In this document: piece by piece, positions 57,262 through 64,000 of the stretch | Layout: each line of letters starts with the position of its first letter | How positions within the stretch are numbered: position 1 is the first letter of the stretch | Source: Macrostomum lignano | Lineage: Eukaryota | Assembly: GCA_002269645.1 (NCBI GenBank) | Contig: NIVC01000006.1 | Coordinates: 558,001-622,000 of the forward strand | Direction: 5' to 3' | DNA: 64,000 bases | Notes under the pieces: generated by a model | Seen by the model: only the letters and a program-made list of their open reading frames with translations | The model's database searches: none | Told to the model about the DNA's origin: nothing | Translations under genes and position numbers: made by a program

Positions 57262-59421
57262 TCAGCAGAATCCGTGCAGCTCGGCGAATTCCTCCGATGT
57301 GAGCTGAACTCCCGCCACGGCGAGGCAGAGAATCCTGCCAGTCAGGCTGAAGCTCCGATCGCTGGTGAACCCGATGCGAAACTCCGACACTTGGATTGAA
57401 GACGGCGAGATGTCAGAGGAGTTCACGGCGAGATGATGGCTGCCGTTGATGTACATCTGATAATCGGAGCTCCCGAAGCTGAAGCCAACGCTGCCATAGA
57501 AACCGTGCGTCCATGGTAGAACGTCGGATTTTAAAGATTTATAGCGAGACTGTGACACAGAGTAGATGGGGTGAGTCACCACCAGGCTGCCTGATATCTG
57601 CATGGGGCCGTTTTTATTGTGTATCAGTTTAACTACAGATCACCGCTCACTCCAGTGTGCTGCAACCCCTGCACACCCCAATGTCACTCAGTGTGCTGCA
57701 ACCCCTGCACACCCCAATGTCACTCAGTGTGCTGCAACCCCTGCACACCCCAATGTCACTCAGTGTTCTGCAACCCCTGCACACCCCAATGTCACTCAGT
57801 GTGCTGCAACCCCTGCACACCCCAATGTCACTCAGTGTTCTGCAACCCCTGCACACCCATTGTCACTCAGTGTTCTGCAACCCCTGCACACCCCAATGTC
57901 ACTCAGTGTTCTGCAACCCCTGCACACCCATTGTCACTCAGTGTTCTGCAACCCCTGCACACCCCAATGTCACTCAGTGTGCTGCAACCCCTGCACTCAA
58001 ACGTCTAGATCTCACCCAGAGCATACCTGATACATGATAAACCTTTCGATAGCAGTCAAACTGTCTTAAGCCACCAGAAAGTCGGAGTCTTCACTGCCGG
58101 CCAATTTCTGCAGTCTAAGCAGCACGGAAATGGCGCCGCCATTTGCCAGCAGAGACGCCAGATTGCCGCCAGGAATGGCGATGCGGATGTAGGTGCCGTA
58201 TCCGCCGCTGCTGCTACTTAGGTCCGGTTGAACAAACAGCCCGCTGGAGTTCCTGACGGCTCCGATTGACTCCACCTTGCCAATTGGTGATAACTGATTG
58301 ATAATTAATTCTCTTAGCTGACCTATGAACAGCTACAGTAGAAGCACGCTGCATTTCAAGGTAAATGGATCGCAGATTTTACATGAAAAACTCAAGTACA
58401 GTCCTAGAAGTGGGAAATTCTATTAAAGTTTCGAGAATATTGCTTTTAATTGATTTTTGTTTTGTCAGCAATAGATTTGGTCTTGTCCATAGACATAGAC
58501 GGAGATAGGCAAGCGAGTTAATAAGTCGGCCATAGACATCCGCACAAAGGATACCAGCAGCAACCTCTCCCATAGACTCTCTCTCTCTCTCTCTCTCTGA
58601 GTTTTCAAAACTGCTATCGAATTTCTGAGCTCATTGGAATCATGCTCAAACATCGAATTTCATGCAGTAAAGGTCAGACTTACCTACTCTATCTATACAG
58701 AATAGTCTCAAAACTACGCCACCAGTATGGACCCCGTCTTGTTCATTTAATCTATACAAATCTTGAGCAGTACATTATTAGCCTTGCATTAGCTGAGGAA
58801 TCAGCCTAAGGGTTGGACACAAATTTGAGGGCAGGACACGTCTCAAGGCCGGCTGGAGTCGCCGAAACGGTAGGTTGCCTGCAGTGTTAGAAACAACAGC
58901 ACCTCCTGCACCAGCTTGGGGACAGTGCGACTCTCGGGAGGTGACCCAGCTGGAGTCGCCGACAGCGTAAAGGGTGTACAATAATCAGCAAAGGTGCACA
59001 CACTCACCTGAAAGCTGCTCCGGTTGACCAGATTCCCGAAGCCGTACCGATAGCAGTGCAGCAGCAGCAGCTTGGCTGCCAGCTCCGGCCGAGGCCTGGG
59101 AACTCGCAGATAGGCGGTCGAATTGCAGCTTCCTCCTCCATCGGTGCTCGTCCAGGACTCAATCCAGCGCTGTTCGGTGGCCAGCAGGCACTCCCCAGTC
59201 TTGAAGGCCACCGCTGAGCAGTTGTCGCTGGCGGCGCACTCCACATGACAGGTTCGAACCGAGGAAATGCCGCCTGATAGCTTCCGAACCTGGTCAGCGG
59301 ACCCAGCCGTCGTCCACTCGGAGCTCGCCGGGCAGAGGTCGGGAGCCGAACCGAACTCGTAGCTTTTGATGGCGCCTGCCAAAGCAACGGTCCAGCTTGC
59401 GAGGGCCAGGCTTAGCAACAT
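57262..59421 (-). CDS. Secreted protein with PAN/apple-like domain and C-terminal LamG/ConA-like domain; in-frame TAA in exon 2 (possible pseudogene or sequencing error)
   Basis: Signal peptide MLLSLALASWTVALAG. PAN-like cysteine spacing CHVECAASDNCSAVAF..GECLL. Exons 59421-59008, 58293-58027 and 57597-57262 are all phase 0 and GT-AG. Exon 3 has LPWTHG..SVGFSF..YQMYING..FRIG..LTGRILCLAV. TAA at 58068-58066. Confidence 0.72.
57650..57997. repeat. 36-bp minisatellite (CACTCAGTGTGCTGCAACCCCTGCACACCCCAATGT)n in PAN-LamG intron 2
   Basis: About 10 tandem copies. Confidence 0.95.
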
Positions 59422-59744
59422 AGTTTATCCGAATGTCTCCTTTGCAAAGCTCAGAATTTCGTTGTCTGTAGGCAAATTTGATGCTTTTGGATGAAAATCT
59501 CTCTTTGGGTTTTGTGTGTTTGTTAATAACAATACCTACTACAGAATCTGTTGTCCTTGGTTACCAATCCTATCCAATCATCTGCGCATTGGGAAGGGAT
59601 GGAGAAGGGGAGAAAGGGGAGAGAGATTAAAGGAAGACTGAGTTAAAGTACTTTCGTTTGGAAGAGTTTATTACAATTCTTGCGAGCAATATCATTTCTA
59701 AGAATTTTTTCTTTTTGGAGTGTTGAAATACCATCCCAGGTATA

Positions 59745-60345
59745 CATGTAGCATCTCTAGGTATAAAATCTCCAGGTATAAGATCTCCAGGTAAAAGATC
59801 TCTAGGTAAAATAAGATCTCCAGGTATAAGATCTCTAGGTATAAGGTCTCCAGGTATAAGATCTCCAGGTATAAGATCTCCAAGTATAAGATCTCCAGGT
59901 ATAAGATCTCCAGGTATAAGATCTCCAGGTATAAGATCTCCAAGTATAAGATCTCCAGGTATAAGGTCTCCAGGTATAAGATCTCCAGGTATAAGATCTC
60001 CAAGTATAAGATCTCTAGGTATAAGGTCTCCAGGTATAAGATCTCCAGGTATAAGATCTCCAGGTATAAGATCTTTAGGTATAAGGTCTCCAGGTATAAG
60101 ATCTCCAGGTATAAGATCTCCAGGTATAAGATCTCCAGGTATAAGATCTCCAGGTATAAGATCTCCAGGTATAAGATCTCCAGGTATAAGATCTCCAGGT
60201 ATAAGATCTCCAGGTATAAGATCTCCAGGTATAAGATCTCCAGGTATAAGATCTCCAGGTATAAGATCTCCAGGTATAAGATCTCCAGGTATAAGATCTC
60301 CAGGTATAAGATCTCCAGGTATAAGATCTCCAGGCAAGATATCCA
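59745..60345. repeat. 15-bp minisatellite (AGGTATAAGATCTCC)n
   Basis: Near-perfect tandem copies. Confidence 0.96.
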
Positions 60346-60540
60346 GGTTTAAGATCTGTAGGAATAAGATCTCCATGTACAAGATCTCTAAGTATAGGAT
60401 CTCTAGGCAAGATTTCTAAGTGTAAAACCTGTAGGTACATATCAATAGTACTATTTGCCAAAAAGCAAGCTCTTTTCTTCCCAAAAGAGCATTTGATCAA
60501 TGCTCAAGCAAGACTCAGATTTAATTCTTAGGAATAGTAA

Positions 60541-61393
60541 TATAGGATTTTTCGTTGGATTTCATAAAATTGTCATTTGATTTCGTCCATAGAAGTTGGC
60601 AGCGCGGCCATAGAGTCTATGGCAATAAAGTGCGCTGTTTTCCGATTAAATTCATAACTTTGCCACTTCATTTCGACATACCCAGTAGAAAGGCAACAGA
60701 AAAGTCGATGCGCTTGTCCAGTACAGAAAGAACTGTTAAAAACAGAAAGCTGTGTATTTAAGTCACATGAGGAAGTAGACAGTTGCAACAGTGAAATCAG
60801 TTATGTCCGCCAAAGTTAATGCTCGTTCGCTGCAACACGCTACAAATTTCACATTATCTGCTGCTCATTGATGCACAGGGGCAGAAACCGCATCACATGT
60901 CGTTCCCAGGCAAGGCACTTCGCGGCGGAAATTTCCTTTAGTGTAACGTAGCCGCAGCCGAAAAGCACCATGAGTCTCCACTGCGTTAGGTTGATGCCAT
61001 CAGGCGGATTGCTAAGTCACTTTCTAAGTCACTTTTAAGTCCGTCACTTTCTCACCCTGTTCATTGCTTCAATGACAAGATGCCTCCTGTCGTTTCCAAT
61101 GGACGCGTATGCAGCCATTTTTAGGCACACAAGGAAGGTGACTGTTGCCCAAGAAGAGGACACGTTCATATAGGCTTTTCATTTCTATGAGAGGTTTGGC
61201 CATAGATATTCACCCACTGATATCCCAGCCCCCTCTGGCAGTGTTTGGCGCGTCAAGTCGAAATGAAGTGGCAAAGTTATGAATTCAATCGGAAAACAGC
61301 GCACTTTATTGCCATAGACTCTATGGCCGCGCTGCCAACTTCTATAGACGAAATCAAATGACAATTTTATGAAATCAAACGAAAAATCCTATA
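60541..61393. mobile_element. MITE with ~137-bp TIRs, TA-flanked
   Basis: 60541-60677 (TATAGGATTTTTCGTTGGATTTC...CATTTCGAC) is the near-perfect reverse complement of 61257-61393. No coding capacity seen. Confidence 0.88.
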
Positions 61394-62029
61394 CCTTTAG
61401 CAATATTGAAAGTGTCTTTTTTTCTAAGACCAAGCACTCGGCCGCTTGTCAGAGAAGTCATTATACAATTTCTTTTGACACACAAAATGCCGAACTTTCT
61501 TCCCTGGAGCACAATTTCTTTATGTTGAAAATGCAATTCCGAGTGCTTTAATTGGAAATCTGATTGACTTGGCTCGATTGGTTAAAACCTGCAAAGGACC
61601 TTGTTGTACCTCGAAAAAACTTCAATGCGTAGGTGGGAACAAATAAGGAAGAATGCTTTATGCCTGAGAAATCTTGAATGCCACAGGCGCATGTCAATAT
61701 TCTCTTTCTGGTAAGAAAGTCGCACAAGTGGCTGATAGTCGTTACAGATGGCTACTCATGCGAATCTGCTATGTTGCTGTGGTAAAACAATGGAAAACTG
61801 GCACTGAAAATGCACTTGCATTTCTAATATGCGCGTCACTCAATGCTCAATGCTTTCTGATTCTATTGAATAGGAGCTCATTCTATTGTGTTTCGCTTCC
61901 TTATCTGTTTACGAGTACCCTTTTGAAGCTGCGAGACAGCTGGCTTCTGCAAGACTTTTGCATACCTGTACTCGTACCTCTGCCCACTGCCACTTCCAGT
62001 ATTCCATATTTCATCTATTCCCAGTTGAC

Positions 62030-62500
62030 TCACAATCTCACTCAATTTCAATTCCCATCTCACTCAATTTCCATTCCCATCTCACTCACTTTCTATTCCC
62101 ATCTCACTCACTTTCAATTTCCATCTCACTCAATTTCCATTCCCATCTCACTCACTTTCCATTCCCATCTCACTTACTTTCCATTCCCATCTCACTCAAT
62201 TTCTATTCCCATCTCACTCACTTTCAATTTCCATCTCACTCAATTTCCATTCCCATCTCACTCACTTTCCATTCCCATCTCACTTACTTTCCATTCCCAT
62301 CTCACTCAATTTCTATTCCCATCTCACTCACTTTCCATTCCCATCTCACTCAATTTCCATTCCCATCTCACTCAATTTCCATTCCCATCTCACTCAATTT
62401 CCATTCCCATCTCACTCAATTTCCATTCCCATCTCACTTACTTTCCATTCCCATCTCACTCACTTTCCGCTCTTATCTCCCACTCCCCATCTCCCACTTC
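62030..62500. repeat. 22-bp minisatellite (TTCCCATCTCACTCAATTTCCA)n
   Basis: Tandem copies. Confidence 0.94.
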
Positions 62501-62849
62501 CCACGCCCTCACTGGTCATTCAAGAACGCAAATACTACATAACTGAAACTAGCGATTGAAACGCTATTAAGCAATTTTTAGCGATTTCTGAATACAAAAA
62601 GTTAATAAAAGCAAAAGTTAAAAGCTTCTTCTTCGTAAAATATGCCTTTCTTCTACAATGCCAACGGGGATCTCATGCAAACACCAAAGCTTTGTGGGTT
62701 TTAATCGGTTTGCAGGTCTGTAAATATACTTACTGTTTTTCTGCTTCTTGTACTTATTTTTGTATCGCGAATGCCATTCGCCCGCGCCCTGCATTTCCTT
62801 CATGCATAGCATCTATTCCCATCTTTTTTGGCTACAAATCACCCATCCA

Positions 62850-63125
62850 CCATGTCTAATCTCCGATCTCCCACGTCTAATCTCAAATCTCGCATATCTA
62901 ATCTAAGATCATCCACGTCTAATCTCAAATTGCTATGTCTAATCTCCGATCTACTATATCTAATCTACGATCTACCATATCTAAACTCCAATCTCCCAAA
63001 TATAATGTCTAATCTTCCATATTTAAACTCAGATCTCTCATATCTAATCTTCGACCTTTTATATGAAATCTCCGATCTCCCTGGTCTACAATCTAATCTC
63101 ACTTATCTCACTCTTGAGATCTCGT
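62850..63125. repeat. Degenerate ATCT-rich short-period repeat
   Basis: ATCTAATCTCCGATCT-like periodicity. Confidence 0.75.
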
Positions 63126-63629
63126 GCAATCTTCACTTCTCTCAATCTTCAACACCAGCCTACTCATTTCGCATATCCTCTGTATTTTTCCTGTTCTCTT
63201 GGGTGAGGTCTATTTTTGTGAGCAAGTGAATGCTGGAAACTGCGCTCAAACAAACGCCCACAGTTCGGATCAATGTAAACATCAGGTAAATTTAAACTTG
63301 CTCAGAGCAAACACTGAAGGCTACGCGCCAGCACCTGGCACATTTTTTCTCGCGATTAACGTGTTAGTGGAAACTCAAATTACAAATGTCAGGACGAAAT
63401 TTATTAAGGTGAGTTGGCAATAATTTGATAAATATTGCAAGGAACTAACCTAGATATTTAGTTCTCTTACCCCCGATGACTCATGTGATGACTCATTTCC
63501 TATTAATTTTTCACCCACATGAATCGCTGCACTATTGTAGGGGTTCACTGAAGTGCGATGCACTCAACGAACTCTTGATCCTTCAAGCTACGAGTACATT
63601 CCGACGTTGGATTGCTTTACGAGCTTCCC

Positions 63630-63690
63630 CCCCCAATCACGTGACCTCTCATTATGCGCACGCATCTTGATTTTATTAGCCAATCACAGT
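63630..63690. promoter_or_regulatory. Candidate promoter: two CCAAT boxes, one fused to an E-box (CCAATCACGTGAC)
   Basis: Motifs seen at about 63634-63646 and 63679-63683; no transcript evidence. Confidence 0.25.
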
Positions 63691-64000
63691 TTGCGCCGGT
63701 CAAGGACGCATCAAGGCCTCTGTGTTCACGCATTGCACGAATGCAGTTTTCCACTCTTTCTGACCCCCGGCCCACTCCATCCACAGCAGAAAGCCGTGCA
63801 TAACGTATACTTTAAGTAGCTTACATGCAAAAAAGATGAGGGCTTTTAAAAAAGAGGAAATAAAGTAACAATTTTAATGGAACATTCAATTTCAATAAAC
63901 TAGCGATATACTTTTCTATCTGCCTGTGAGATTCAGGGATATTTTAAACAAATATTGATCGAACACGGACAGATGAAGTAGAAGGATGCTAAAATCGATT

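Overview
Eukaryotic (animal) genomic DNA. It has GC-rich, Gln/Ser-rich exons, canonical GT-AG introns, and almost every intron is filled by its own minisatellite; this style resembles a flatworm such as Macrostomum (inference only). Most long ORFs in the supplied track are repeat translations. Spliced by hand, the real genes are: the 3' part of a divergent SMARCD/BAF60 SWI/SNF subunit (+), an RNF38/RNF44-like RING-H2 ligase (+), two tandem full-length SLC47/MATE transporter paralogs (-), and a secreted PAN + LamG-like protein gene (-) with one in-frame stop. Mobile DNA includes a decayed hAT, two mariner transposons plus a third mariner-TIR-bounded composite, several MITEs, three Gypsy remnants, a solo LTR, a Penelope element with a putative hammerhead ribozyme, and a young 5'-truncated RTE-like LINE. 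The most notable observations are the intron-specific minisatellite architecture shared by the two paralogs, and MATEs that appear to lack most of the conserved proton-coupling glutamates. All coordinates and alignments were made by eye.
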